Assembly: GCA_016932045.1 (NCBI GenBank)
Contig: JAFGDO010000003.1
Span: forward strand, 12,115 to 76,114
Direction of reading: 5' to 3'
Length of the DNA stretch: 64,000 nt
Source of the DNA: Candidatus Dojkabacteria bacterium
Lineage (GTDB): Bacteria > Patescibacteriota > Dojkabacteria > JAHIVN01
In this document: positions 28,681-40,647 of the stretch, piece after piece
How the letters are laid out: each line of letters begins with the position of its first letter
Position numbering within the stretch: the first letter of the stretch is position 1
Notes under the pieces: model-generated
Told to the model about the DNA's origin: nothing
The model's input: only the letters and a program-made list of their open reading frames with translations
Databases searched by the model: none
Position numbers and translations under genes: made by a program

Positions 28681-29796
28681 TTAGAGAAATATCTCACCAA
28701 TTCCAAGTATATCTAACCCTATGAAATTTAGCAAAATCGGTATCATAGCACCAAAAATGACTGCAGCGATAGCACTCACCGCAATACTCTTACCTTCCTT
28801 TATCTTTTCGGGATCATCGGTATTTAACATAATTCCCGCTTGAATGAATCGCACAACAGCTAGTGCTGTTACAACACCGACAAAGATTCTCATAACTGCT
28901 ATGATGATTCCTTTTTCCGATGAATTTATACAGCCCAGCTCTGTCCAAATATTTCCATCTGCCATTTCTACATTACATACTGATGCTTCTCCTCCATCAG
29001 CACTACAAGCACAAGTTGGATTTTCCCCTTTCCAACTACATACGCACAAACAACATGCCTCATTCATTTCTCCATCTTCACCTCTGCAAACTTCTTCACA
29101 TGTTAGAGTCGAAGGAAGCTCACTGCCCCCTGGGCCTGGACTTGGTCCTGGTGGAGTTGGATCGGAATCCTGCCAGCCACTGCTTCCACACCACCATTCT
29201 GCTCCAGCTGGAGCAGGACAGGTAGGAACATCAGTAATTCTCATGCTCTCTCCCTGACTAAAGCAAGAATTAACCCAAGGCCATATAAATCCTGTTCCAG
29301 GACAACAATCATTTGCCCCCCACTGACATCCTGCCATACATTTATTAGTACCAGCACATGTTAAAAAATCATCCTTAAGTATATCGGCAATATCAGAATT
29401 GTCTAGGGTTTCCTTTACTGCTCCACCTGCCGCCGTACAATAAAGTCCATAAGTGCATGCTCTATCATTTTTATAAAAATATGTCCTTGCCTCACTTACG
29501 TCATCATCGCTGCATTCACCAGGATTCATCTCCTTTATTTTCTCTGCTATTGCTGATCTTTTTGTCCCCCTAGATTCTGCACAACAATCGTCATTCCCCG
29601 AGACATCCGTATGTTCGTAACCATCATCACATCCCCATATGGCATCCGTTTTTGCATAAACAATATTCATTGCACCAATAGAGATTGATGCTATAAGAAT
29701 AATTATATACACAAGCGATCCTCTTACTATTGATCTTTTTAGATTATGAAGTATACGCATAAAATAAACAATTAGAACCCTTAGAAAAATTAACAA
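28681..29796 (-). CDS. Large Cys-rich pilin-like protein
   Basis: Numerous Cys, Pro-Gly linker, IWTELGCI, AGIMLNTDDPEKIKEGKSI between two C-terminal TMs. Confidence 0.78.
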   Translation of the reverse strand: MLIFLRVLIVYFMRILHNLKRSIVRGSLVYIIILIASISIGAMNIVYAKTDAIWGCDDGYEHTDVSGNDDCCAESRGTKRSAIAEKIKEMNPGECSDDDVSEARTYFYKNDRACTYGLYCTAAGGAVKETLDNSDIADILKDDFLTCAGTNKCMAGCQWGANDCCPGTGFIWPWVNSCFSQGESMRITDVPTCPAPAGAEWWCGSSGWQDSDPTPPGPSPGPGGSELPSTLTCEEVCRGEDGEMNEACCLCVCSWKGENPTCACSADGGEASVCNVEMADGNIWTELGCINSSEKGIIIAVMRIFVGVVTALAVVRFIQAGIMLNTDDPEKIKEGKSIAVSAIAAVIFGAMIPILLNFIGLDILGIGEIFL

Positions 29797-29809
29797 TTCC
29801 GTATCTTTT

Positions 29810-32383
29810 TTACAGATTTACATTATCCCCAGACCTCACCTCACCCCTAACTATCATCTCCGCAACCTTATTCTCAACCTGCTCCTGTACTACTCTTCTC
29901 ATTTCTCTTGCACCGAATACTGGATTATAGCCTAAATGAGCAAGTCTTTCTAGTAGTGCATCACTGTAGTTCAGTTTAATACCTTTATCCAAAAGTTTCA
30001 AGCGAACCTGCTCTACAAACTTCTTTGCAATCAGCTTAACATCCTCACGGGAAAGCGGCTTAAACATAATTATTTTATCGAAACGGTTTAAGAATTCTAT
30101 CCTAAATACTCTTTTTAATTCCTCCAAAGCCTGAGTTCTGACTTCTTCATATACTTTGTCTTGCTCAATAAGATCTGCAATCAATTTTGATCCGGCATTT
30201 GACGTTGCAATAATTATAGTATTTGAAAAATCTATCCTGCGTCCTAATCCGTCATCAAGATACCCTTCGTCCAAAACCTGCAGGAACAGATCCAGCACCT
30301 TTGGGTTTGCTTTGTCTATCTCATCAAGAAGAACTAGTGAAAAAGGATTGTCATAAACCGGTTCAGTTAAGAATCCTCCCTCAAACGATCCCTGCTCCGA
30401 AGTATAGCCAATTAATCTTTTCAAATTTTCCTCCTCATGATACTCGCTCATATCAAGCCTCACCATCCTCTTTTCGCTCCCGTAATAAACTTCTGCAACC
30501 GTTTTAGCTACCTCTGTCTTTCCAACACCTGTTGGTCCAAAAAACAAAAATGAAGCAATTGGTTTGCCAGCTTGTCCAAGCCCGCTTCTTGCTCGACGTA
30601 ATGCCCCACATACAGCATCAATTGCTTCGTTCTGGTCAATCACTCTCTTGTGCATTTCACCCTCAAGCTTAGCTAGTTTTTCCGTCTCACTCTCTTTGAT
30701 CGACCCCAGCTCTACCCCAACTTTTGAAGAAACTATCTTCGCAACCTCATCATACTCAATCGGCTTTTTACCTTTCAAATTTTTGAAATTAACAACAGTT
30801 TCCTTAAGCAGATTTATAGCTTTATCCGGAAGTACCCTGTCATATGCGAATTTATGTGAAAGCTCAATTGAAGCTTTAACACCTGAATATGCAATTTTTA
30901 TGTTGTACTCATTTTCAATCGTTGGAACCTCATCAATGACAATTTGAGTAGCCACTTCATCAGTAGGTATATTCATCTCTACTTCTGAGAATATACTTGC
31001 TAGCGCTTTATGAGGTCGGATGAATCTTGTAAACTGCCCTTTATCGCTTGTTACTATCATCCTAAAGTTGTGAGCATCATAAGCATTGACAATGATATTT
31101 ACGATCTCCCCGGTTATTTCTCTTCGCAAATTTAAAAGTTGATCAAAATTATCAAGTACAAGAATAACATTCTTTGATTGTGCTACCTCCTCAAATACTT
31201 TCTGCAATTTCTTCTTAAACGAATCTACGTTTTTTGAAGTTGAAAAGGCTTTGTTAAAATCGAAGCCGATAAGCCTCATATCTTGAAGCTTCGGAGGTAT
31301 ATCTTCTACTACCATCCTAACAGCAAGGCTTTTAATCAAAGTTGTTTTACCAACCCCAGGTTCTCCAAGAACTAGAACTCCACTCTTTTCTCCTTTTTCA
31401 AGCAGAGCAATAAGTTGATTTAATTCGTTCTCGCGGGCAAGTGACACTACAAATTCACCTTGAATAACAGCGTTAGTAAAATCGCGACAATAGGAGTTCA
31501 ACATAGGAGTAAAACGAGAAGTATATGCCCTGTTAACAGTCGTCTTCGGCTTGATGCTCACCTTATCTTTCCATACCTCCACATACCTTTGTTTCAATGC
31601 CTCGTTTTGCAACCAGAGTTTTATACCATCAAAGTCCTTGGAGATGATATTGAACCTCTGAAGATATTCTAAAAAAAACTTTTGAAGGATAACAAAAGTG
31701 AAGCTCTCCTCCCCTGCGTATTTAAAATTATTCTCAAAGGCAAATGAAAACGAGTCGGCAATAAGATCTCTTAGAACTTCAACTTTACCTTTACCGACCG
31801 TTGCTTGAGAAAGTAATCCCAGATCAAAATTCTCAAATGATAAACCAAGACGCTCAATTAGAATACGGGCCCTATTCAGCTTCAAAAGCTTCACAAATAA
31901 CTCTTGCAAATAGTCATTCTTGGGAATATTAAATATATAGTCAAGGAGCCAGACAGTATGATGATTTAAGTAGTCGGTTACTTCGATAGTAAGGTTAGTC
32001 CTGCCTCGCTCAAGATCCTTTCTCAATTTATGTAAATTCTTCACCCGAGCCTTATCAAGAAAAACTCCCCGGTCCCTTAAAAAATAAAGCGAATATAGAA
32101 AAATACAAACAAATATCCAAAAGGCAAGACCTGTAGCTCCTTCAACATTAACTATCCTTTGAAAGTAGTAGCCCTTTGTAACCTCGTAGACTATTATCCC
32201 GACTTCTGTAACAAAAACCAGCCAAAAAAGAATTCTCCCCAATACCACCTGGAAAACATTTTCAATCTTCCTTACCCCTTTACCATCTCGCAAATACCGC
32301 CAATCAACGGTAAATTTTACATCATTTAACTCGGGAATATTTATTCTCAATATCTCAGAATCATTCATAAATCGATATAGCAC
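29810..32383 (-). CDS. ClpA/ClpB-type double AAA+ ATPase with N-terminal TM helices
   Basis: GEPGVGKTT, LPDKAINLL, GPTGVGKTE, RLDMSEY, LLDEIDK, FGAREMRR; two hydrophobic helices in the first 100 aa. Confidence 0.88.
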   Translation of the reverse strand: MLYRFMNDSEILRINIPELNDVKFTVDWRYLRDGKGVRKIENVFQVVLGRILFWLVFVTEVGIIVYEVTKGYYFQRIVNVEGATGLAFWIFVCIFLYSLYFLRDRGVFLDKARVKNLHKLRKDLERGRTNLTIEVTDYLNHHTVWLLDYIFNIPKNDYLQELFVKLLKLNRARILIERLGLSFENFDLGLLSQATVGKGKVEVLRDLIADSFSFAFENNFKYAGEESFTFVILQKFFLEYLQRFNIISKDFDGIKLWLQNEALKQRYVEVWKDKVSIKPKTTVNRAYTSRFTPMLNSYCRDFTNAVIQGEFVVSLARENELNQLIALLEKGEKSGVLVLGEPGVGKTTLIKSLAVRMVVEDIPPKLQDMRLIGFDFNKAFSTSKNVDSFKKKLQKVFEEVAQSKNVILVLDNFDQLLNLRREITGEIVNIIVNAYDAHNFRMIVTSDKGQFTRFIRPHKALASIFSEVEMNIPTDEVATQIVIDEVPTIENEYNIKIAYSGVKASIELSHKFAYDRVLPDKAINLLKETVVNFKNLKGKKPIEYDEVAKIVSSKVGVELGSIKESETEKLAKLEGEMHKRVIDQNEAIDAVCGALRRARSGLGQAGKPIASFLFFGPTGVGKTEVAKTVAEVYYGSEKRMVRLDMSEYHEEENLKRLIGYTSEQGSFEGGFLTEPVYDNPFSLVLLDEIDKANPKVLDLFLQVLDEGYLDDGLGRRIDFSNTIIIATSNAGSKLIADLIEQDKVYEEVRTQALEELKRVFRIEFLNRFDKIIMFKPLSREDVKLIAKKFVEQVRLKLLDKGIKLNYSDALLERLAHLGYNPVFGAREMRRVVQEQVENKVAEMIVRGEVRSGDNVNL

Positions 32384-32440
32384 TAAAAAGTATCACAAAG
32401 AATAAATTCTATTTAATAACTGAGCACCTAAACCTTCACT

Positions 32441-32818
32441 CTAAATAAAAAATCTCACTATCTGAACAAGACACAAAGGCGGAAGAATAACCCAAATAAA
32501 AACAACCGAGATTAGCGGAATAGTAATAAGGATCTGTATAAGTGACCCGCCAAACACCCAAACCACTCGAAAAAATAGACTGATAATTCTCCCACTTATA
32601 CTGGCGTCCTGATACATAGGAACAAATAGATTTGCGAGCATAGGCAGAATATTTAAAGTAGCAAGAGAAAGACTCCAGAATGAGTAGGTCATCTGTAAGC
32701 AAGCACGTAACTGAGCACCGTACCACCAGATCCAGAAGTTAAGGAAGTATTTCTTTAGCATGTCTTGAAAGATAATAGTCTCTTGAATTCTATCAGAAGG
32801 ATTATAAGAGGTAAACAA
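32441..32818 (-). CDS. Small membrane protein upstream of the Clp ATPase
   Basis: FWIWWY...NLFVPMYQD...GRIISLFFR plus TM helices; start probably MLKKYF. Confidence 0.7.
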   Translation of the reverse strand: MFTSYNPSDRIQETIIFQDMLKKYFLNFWIWWYGAQLRACLQMTYSFWSLSLATLNILPMLANLFVPMYQDASISGRIISLFFRVVWVFGGSLIQILITIPLISVVFIWVILPPLCLVQIVRFFI

Positions 32819-32949
32819 GTTAAGCTTTCGATAATACCTAATCTTTTTCGTTCAAGGTCTTGCGCTAAGCTAAGCACAGTCGTAAATCCGAAGTGTTTCA
32901 AGGAATTTTAATCCTTAGTAAAATCAAAAAACTAAAATTTCTAAACGAT

Positions 32950-32978
32950 AAAAAAGGGTGGGATAAATCCCACCCTTT
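32950..32978 (-). terminator. groESL intrinsic terminator
   Basis: AAAGGGTGGGAT/ATCCCACCCTTT hairpin followed by T run on minus strand. Confidence 0.8.
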
Positions 32979-33055
32979 CCATCTGCCTAAATCTGTTTTA
33001 ATTTTCTCCTATCTGTTTACCCTGAGCGAAGTCAAAGGATTTAGATCTATTTTCT

Positions 33056-34702
<1,647 letters not shown>

Positions 34703-34794
34703 TTAAATATTTTAAAAAATAAAATTGCGATCTAGATGATCTACCTGATCTAGACGATCTTCAATCTTTTTAATCGTCTTAATCGTTTCGATCG

Positions 34795-35097
34795 TTACTT
34801 AATCACTGCCAAGATATCTTCCTCGCTCATTATTAAATACTCCTTATCATCAATCTCCAACTCGTCTGGCGAATACTTCTTAAAGATAATAATGTCACCG
34901 ACCTTAACATTAAAAGGAACTTTTTTGCCATCATCTGTAACCTTACCCGTTCCCGTGGCAATAATTTTGCCTTTTTGTGGTTTTTCTTTATCAACTGTAT
35001 CTGGAAGCACAATACCAGATGCTGTTTTTGTCTCTTCTGAAACAGGCTCAACAAGGATATTACCTCCGAGTGGTTGAACTTTAGTCTTTGCAGCCAT
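34795..35097 (-). CDS. groES: Co-chaperonin GroES
   Basis: QPLGGNILV, TASGIVLPD, EEDILAVI; start reassigned to ATG 35097. Confidence 0.97.
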   Translation of the reverse strand: MAAKTKVQPLGGNILVEPVSEETKTASGIVLPDTVDKEKPQKGKIIATGTGKVTDDGKKVPFNVKVGDIIIFKKYSPDELEIDDKEYLIMSEEDILAVIK

Positions 35098-35143
35098 AGA
35101 ATGATAAACTAACAATTTAAATTAAAGCAATACCTGGAATATT

Positions 35144-35170
35144 TTAGCAGTTTAGATTATTAATTGCTAA
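35144..35170. promoter_or_regulatory. Degenerate CIRCE element (HrcA operator)
   Basis: TTAGCAGTT-N9-AATTGCTAA, exact 27-bp CIRCE spacing, between promoter and groES. Confidence 0.8.
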
Positions 35171-35178
35171 CGGGATGA

Positions 35179-35207
35179 ATTTTAGCGAAGAGCTCATTTG
35201 ATGTCAA
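35179..35207 (-). promoter_or_regulatory. Sigma70 promoter of groESL
   Basis: TTGACA-17 nt-TAAAAT on minus strand. Confidence 0.8.
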
Positions 35208-35344
35208 GAGCTATTAAATCCCAATTCTCAATCTACAATCTTTCTCATCCTGCCTGCGGCGAGCTAAGGCGAGTCGAGCCTGCTTGCAATGAGTTTGCCG
35301 AATTGCCGAAGGACAATTTTTCAATTAATAATTAAAAATGAAGA

Positions 35345-35470
35345 CCTAACAATGAAACAATGTAGCAATGTAACAGCCGATTTATTCACTGATTTACCGA
35401 TTCGCTGTTTGACTGCTAACTATGCAACTATGTAATTATGTAGCTATGCAGCAATATAGCATTTAATCAT
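35345..35470. repeat. Degenerate 8-nt tandem repeats
   Basis: AACAATGA-AACAATGT-AGCAATGT and AACTATGC-AACTATGT-AATTATGT-AGCTATGC-AGCAATAT. Confidence 0.6.
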
Positions 35471-35499
35471 TGGAAATTTCTGACTTGGAAGAAGCCTAC

Positions 35500-37389
35500 T
35501 TATGCCTTCTCCACAACTACTTCTATCCTATTCACCGAGCTAGGAAAATGCTTCAGGAATGATGGTAGCCAAGTAGGTGAAAGTTCTATCTCGTAACTTT
35601 TAATTTCATTTACACCATTCAAGTACTCTTCTGCACTTCCTCTATTCTTTCCCTTGATATTTACCTTTACATCATCTTCGTTAACACTTGGAGTGACAAC
35701 TCCAGTTATAGAAAGGGTAATATAGATCTGATTCCCTTCAGTTCTTAAGACTTGTGACTTGTACTCAAATTCTTCAACTTCAACCTCTTGCTCATTATTC
35801 TGTTCAACAAGTACTTGCGCAAGATTATCAACATCCTCTTTTAAGAATGAAAGTGCGGTAGCTTTTACTGTGATACTCAAATTAAAAGTATCTGCTTCTG
35901 CATCAACACCTGGCGAAGCATCTTCATTTACTACTTCGTATGCTATAGTATCTTCAAGTAATTCTCTACTTGTACCAGCCTCCTGCTTTAAACTCTCAAG
36001 CAAATCCTCTTCAAGTTGCTTTACTAAAGAATCCTTAAGAGTGTCATAATCCTGCTGAGATACAACCTTTTTCTTCACAGTGGTTCCGCCAGTAATATTG
36101 TTGAAATTCTTACCGTATAAATTCTCAACATCATAACCTTGCACTCTAAACTCTTTTTTCCCTGAAACATTGTATTCCTCTCCGAAACTATCTGCTACAA
36201 CACCAACATCAATATTACCAATCAGCCCTGGACTCTCGGGATCATCGTCGGGCTTTTTGGCGGGAACAACAACCTCGCCAGCAGTTTTATATTTAAGACC
36301 GCTTTCAACTGATTCAAGGGTAGTCCCAGCAACTACTCTCACATCGCTTTCGGTCATATTGAAGAGGGTTACCTGTCCACTAGCCTTTTCTCCTGTCTCC
36401 TTCTCTCCTGTTGCATCAGCGCTTTCCGATCTATCCTTTGATGATTCTATCATCTTTGCAGGAATCGTTAATGCCTCGATATCAAGTGTAGTAACAGCAG
36501 TATCAGCAACTACTTGTTCCTCAAGCTCTATATCCTTGCTTTCCACTTTTATAATAACCCTACCTCTAGGAAAAACAAAATATGATAGTATAAAAAACAA
36601 AAGAAGAACTACACCCACCCCAATAAATATCTTGGGCTTATTCCCTCCTGAAGTGAAAAACTTCTTCACATTATCAATAGCGCCTGTAAAACTTTCACTA
36701 AGACTAAACCCCCTCTTGTCTTCCCTTACCTCTTTCTTCTTCTTTGGCGCCCGTGACATATAGCTATAAGTACTTAAATCCTTACCAACAAGACCAGCCC
36801 TTTCCTTTTTCTCGCTCCAGCTTAAAGTTCTCTTTTCTTCATCAACATCACCTGCTGTTTCTGATTGCCCTAATGCTTCGGTTTCTTCGTCTGTCTCAAA
36901 TTGTGCAATATCCCCCCCCGCTACCATCTCAAAACCTCCAAGATCAACCTTTTTCGGAGCTATCTTGGATTCAGTTGCTACTTCCTTCGTACTTGATGTA
37001 TCTTCACTCTCTAGGGGTTCTTTTTTCTCTTCTCTCTCGCTTATTAACTCTCTTTTTACGTTTTCTCTACCTTCAACAAATTCCTCTTTAAATCGAGATG
37101 CCTGTTCCCATTTCTCTTTGTTGATCTCACTTACTTGCTCAACAGCAACCAGTTTAGCATTCTTGGCAAGTTTCAATCCGACCTCGTCTTTCGTTACAAG
37201 AATAGCTAGTTTTCCACTCTTCGCTATCTCGGAAGAAAGAAGCTTCAGACTCACAACACTTCCAAGAAGTGCTGCCCTGTCTGGTACGATCAAGATAACC
37301 TTGCCTCCTTCAACATTTTTTATCTTTTCTGCGATGAATATAATTTCCTCATCGAGATCAACAAAAATTTTCTCTGACACTACAAACAA
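35500..37389 (-). CDS. Membrane-anchored baseplate J/gp47-like protein
   Basis: N-terminal DEEIIFIAEKI domain, acidic linker, TM, KASGQVTLFN, GEEYNV, ITGGT. Confidence 0.75.
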   Translation of the reverse strand: MFVVSEKIFVDLDEEIIFIAEKIKNVEGGKVILIVPDRAALLGSVVSLKLLSSEIAKSGKLAILVTKDEVGLKLAKNAKLVAVEQVSEINKEKWEQASRFKEEFVEGRENVKRELISEREEKKEPLESEDTSSTKEVATESKIAPKKVDLGGFEMVAGGDIAQFETDEETEALGQSETAGDVDEEKRTLSWSEKKERAGLVGKDLSTYSYMSRAPKKKKEVREDKRGFSLSESFTGAIDNVKKFFTSGGNKPKIFIGVGVVLLLFFILSYFVFPRGRVIIKVESKDIELEEQVVADTAVTTLDIEALTIPAKMIESSKDRSESADATGEKETGEKASGQVTLFNMTESDVRVVAGTTLESVESGLKYKTAGEVVVPAKKPDDDPESPGLIGNIDVGVVADSFGEEYNVSGKKEFRVQGYDVENLYGKNFNNITGGTTVKKKVVSQQDYDTLKDSLVKQLEEDLLESLKQEAGTSRELLEDTIAYEVVNEDASPGVDAEADTFNLSITVKATALSFLKEDVDNLAQVLVEQNNEQEVEVEEFEYKSQVLRTEGNQIYITLSITGVVTPSVNEDDVKVNIKGKNRGSAEEYLNGVNEIKSYEIELSPTWLPSFLKHFPSSVNRIEVVVEKA

Positions 37390-37409
37390 AAATGAAAATT
37401 AAAATAAGT

Positions 37410-38645
37410 CTAGACTTTGAGCATCTCATTTTGGTTCTTAAGCTCCAAAGCCATATACGCCAACGCTGCTGGAGCGACATCCTGCACATCTCGCAAAAGA
37501 TTATTTTCATCGATAATTCCTTTTAAGTCAGACGGATTTATAAAGTCAATATCAGGGAACTTATCAAACCTCAGGGTCTGCAGCCACGGATGCTCCGAAA
37601 GACTTGTTTTGATCTCTCCTAGTAATGCACCACCTCCGCACAAAAGAAATTTAGAGGGGTATATATTTACATCTTCAAATTCTGCCAAAGCTAGCTCAAC
37701 CCCATCGACCCATACTTTTGAATCTTGAGCAAACACCTGCTTTATCTCTTTACTCTGTTTTTCTGATAATTCTCTTTCACTGTATTGTATTTTTAACTGT
37801 TCTGCCTCCTTGAAACTGGTTTCTAAGTGCCTTTCAAGCCGTTTGGTAAATACCTTCCCCCCAAAAGCCATCATCTTTGTACCCATGATGCCTCCTTTTT
37901 GAACAACTGCTATATCCGTTGTACCTCCCCCAATATCTATAAAAACAGCATTAAAATCATCCTTTGCAGCACCTTCAAATGCACGAGTAACTGCATATGG
38001 TTCAACAATAATGTCGAGGATCTCAAACCCCAATGCCTGAGCAATAGTTTTTAGGGAATTAACATGGATCGACGGAGCAAATGTTGAGAAAACCCTGAAT
38101 ACTACATTCTTCCCTTGGAATTCCAGAGGATTGGTAACTCGAAATCCATCTATAAAAGTGTCGTTTACAACCGAACTTATCTCTTCTACCTGTTCTTCAA
38201 GAAGCCCTGTTTCTCCGGCAATCTCAGCCTTTACATTTGAAAAAGCTCTTCCCCTGACCTTCCCGACTACCTCTTCTATTTCCTTTCTGGAAATTTTCGA
38301 ATCTGGATCTTCACGCTCATACTTTGCCATGATAGTCACGCCCTTTACAAGCTCTCCGGCGATACCCATGATTACTCTACTTGGAAGTTCATCTTCCAAA
38401 TCTCTTACTGCCTCACCAATTGCCAGGTCGCAGTTTTCTATGACATTCTGAAGATTTATGATCATCGCCCCTTTCATGGCATCACTCTGTTGGCTAGCTT
38501 TACCGTACCCCAAGATACGAACCTTGTTTTTTATAACTTTGAAGACACACGTCTTCACAAATGAAGTCCCCACATCAAGTGCCAGAAGAGTTTCATCTTC
38601 AATAGCTGGTGACTTTTGTTTTTTCGAAAAACCTGGAAATTTCAT
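37410..38645 (-). CDS. FtsA-like actin-fold ATPase
   Basis: LALDVGTSFVK, IVEPYAV, FIDIGGGTTDIAV, LCGGGALL. Confidence 0.85.
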   Translation of the reverse strand: MKFPGFSKKQKSPAIEDETLLALDVGTSFVKTCVFKVIKNKVRILGYGKASQQSDAMKGAMIINLQNVIENCDLAIGEAVRDLEDELPSRVIMGIAGELVKGVTIMAKYEREDPDSKISRKEIEEVVGKVRGRAFSNVKAEIAGETGLLEEQVEEISSVVNDTFIDGFRVTNPLEFQGKNVVFRVFSTFAPSIHVNSLKTIAQALGFEILDIIVEPYAVTRAFEGAAKDDFNAVFIDIGGGTTDIAVVQKGGIMGTKMMAFGGKVFTKRLERHLETSFKEAEQLKIQYSERELSEKQSKEIKQVFAQDSKVWVDGVELALAEFEDVNIYPSKFLLCGGGALLGEIKTSLSEHPWLQTLRFDKFPDIDFINPSDLKGIIDENNLLRDVQDVAPAALAYMALELKNQNEMLKV

Positions 38646-38792
38646 GAGTAAGTATCTTTTTTAATGTCTTTTTTATATATTAACAGGTTGAATAAGAAAA
38701 ATAAACCTTCTTCGGAGTTTCAGACTTCCGGCTTACTGGGATAAAAAGAGTCTAACGATGATAAACCCTCCACTAAACTTGAGTAATTACAA

Positions 38793-39803
38793 TTAGAGAT
38801 TTCTATCTATCATCAGTTGATTACTAAGCTCTTGTAGCGCCAGATGCAAAAGGATCTCTTTATTGCCAATCCCGTTTCCTCTATATAATCCTTGATAACG
38901 CTCTGAATTCCTAATAGCGAGCTGTAATCCTACTTCAATTTCATTAATACAGCCGTGGGGAAAAGCCTTTAGATAAGCTACTCTACTAGATGCATACGCT
39001 AGAAATCTTTGTCTTCCGCGCATACTTATAAAAACAACAGGTTTCCGGGGATAATCTTCTATGCTACTATTCCCACGCCTCACTAATCTGTCCGCAAGCA
39101 ATTCCCTGAGTTGCATCACTTCATCCGAACTCGCCCAGCTGACACACTCTATAGGAGGAACAGGTTTAACACCTTTAAAAACAGTAGGAAATGGAGCAAA
39201 ACTTAAAAGTGTCGTCGCTAGCGGAAATTCTTCATGACTAACAGGGACTAAACCATTCCGTGCAAGCATTATCATTGCTACGGGATTACATGTACTCCCT
39301 ACTATCACGCCATTCCTATATTGAACATTGGCGTATAATCTACTTCTTAAGTAACCATTGTGTCCTTGCCCCCTACATTCAGGGACAGTATACCCCAAGG
39401 TTGATTCAAAAATTCTTGCACTTGTCAGACGTACATAAGGATTTGTAGCGTCTATGTGTTTTTTGAGTTTGACCTGGTCCCCGACTGCGATAGTCTCAGT
39501 TAAGAGTAGTATACTTACAGGAACTAACCTCCCTGCTTCCTCCAAAAACAATATATCACCAAAACCCGCATTTAAAATATTTAACACCTCCTGTTCCATT
39601 CGAGGCGTCAGGGTTTCAAGCCGCATTGATTCATTTACAACTGTGCTAACCCATATAGCGTGTTCCCGAATAAGTTCTTCTCTCCGACCTGGTTCGAAAT
39701 CTGCTAAAGTAACTCTTACTAAACCAGCAACTTCACCCGCCTCTATTCGTTCGGAAGGTAAAGTATCACCAGCTTGTGTTACCTCCGCAGTATCCGCAGT
39801 CAT
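38793..39803 (-). CDS. Hypothetical protein with possible GNAT motif A
   Basis: YTVPECRGQGH resembles the acetyl-CoA binding motif; otherwise unrecognised. Confidence 0.6.
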   Translation of the reverse strand: MTADTAEVTQAGDTLPSERIEAGEVAGLVRVTLADFEPGRREELIREHAIWVSTVVNESMRLETLTPRMEQEVLNILNAGFGDILFLEEAGRLVPVSILLLTETIAVGDQVKLKKHIDATNPYVRLTSARIFESTLGYTVPECRGQGHNGYLRSRLYANVQYRNGVIVGSTCNPVAMIMLARNGLVPVSHEEFPLATTLLSFAPFPTVFKGVKPVPPIECVSWASSDEVMQLRELLADRLVRRGNSSIEDYPRKPVVFISMRGRQRFLAYASSRVAYLKAFPHGCINEIEVGLQLAIRNSERYQGLYRGNGIGNKEILLHLALQELSNQLMIDRNL

Positions 39804-39972
39804 TTAATTATTTTAATAAACTAAGTCCCATAGTATCAATTCGGGCACTTTGTACTGATGTAAAAAAATAATTAATTAATTATGTTGTCGAAGGGATTTT
39901 TAAGTTCTCTGCTTGTGTTAGCCTAGTGTATATAGTAGAATTATACAGAATTTAACTGTTAATTGCTACTTC

Positions 39973-40560
39973 ATGAATATATATTTCACAACTTCCGGAA
40001 AATTTTTTAAAGAGAACAAAAAAATATACGATAAGATTATCAAAACCTTAAGTAAACTCACTGGCAATAAACCATATGTAGCCCTTGAAGATATCGACTA
40101 TGAAAATGCCTCAGAGCAAGAAATACTTAGGGCAGTGAAGAAAATGGTAAAACAGTTAAACAATGCCGATATAGTAATCACTGAAAATACTTACTCTGTT
40201 GCAGCAGTAGGATATGACATAGCTACTGCGATAAATTCAAGAAAACCAGTCCTAGTACTTAAATTACAAGATAAAAGTAAACCCGGACCTCATCCTATAA
40301 ATGTACTGAGGAATAGATTATTAACGTATACAGAATACACTGGTCAGAACCTAGAAGATATACTGAAGGACTTTATTGAAAATGCTCATGAAATGCTTGA
40401 CACAAAGTTCATACTCATCATATCGCCGGAAATTGACCGTTATCTCGAATGGGCTGCTGATAATAAAAGAATGCACAAGGCCCAGATTGTGAGAAAAGCG
40501 GTAGAAAAAGAGATGGACAACGATGGCTTGTACAAACAGCACCTGGAAAGGAAAGCATAA
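39973..40560 (+). CDS. Nucleoside 2-deoxyribosyltransferase-like domain fused to C-terminal ribbon-helix-helix
   Basis: MNIYFTTS, ADIVITE, AVGYDIATA, KPVLVL; C-terminal TKFILIISPEIDRYLEWAA...KAQIVRKAV. Confidence 0.78.
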   Translation: MNIYFTTSGKFFKENKKIYDKIIKTLSKLTGNKPYVALEDIDYENASEQEILRAVKKMVKQLNNADIVITENTYSVAAVGYDIATAINSRKPVLVLKLQDKSKPGPHPINVLRNRLLTYTEYTGQNLEDILKDFIENAHEMLDTKFILIISPEIDRYLEWAADNKRMHKAQIVRKAVEKEMDNDGLYKQHLERKA

Positions 40561-40647
40561 CCACAAACCCTCATCTTTGTGATATAATAAATACAATATA
40601 TACCCAGTTGGCGTATATACCTACAATATAACTTGGGGTAGGATAAT

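Noticed and set aside
35500-37389. Prophage or contractile injection system
   Set aside because: Single baseplate-like gene with a TM anchor; no sheath, tube, spike or capsid genes
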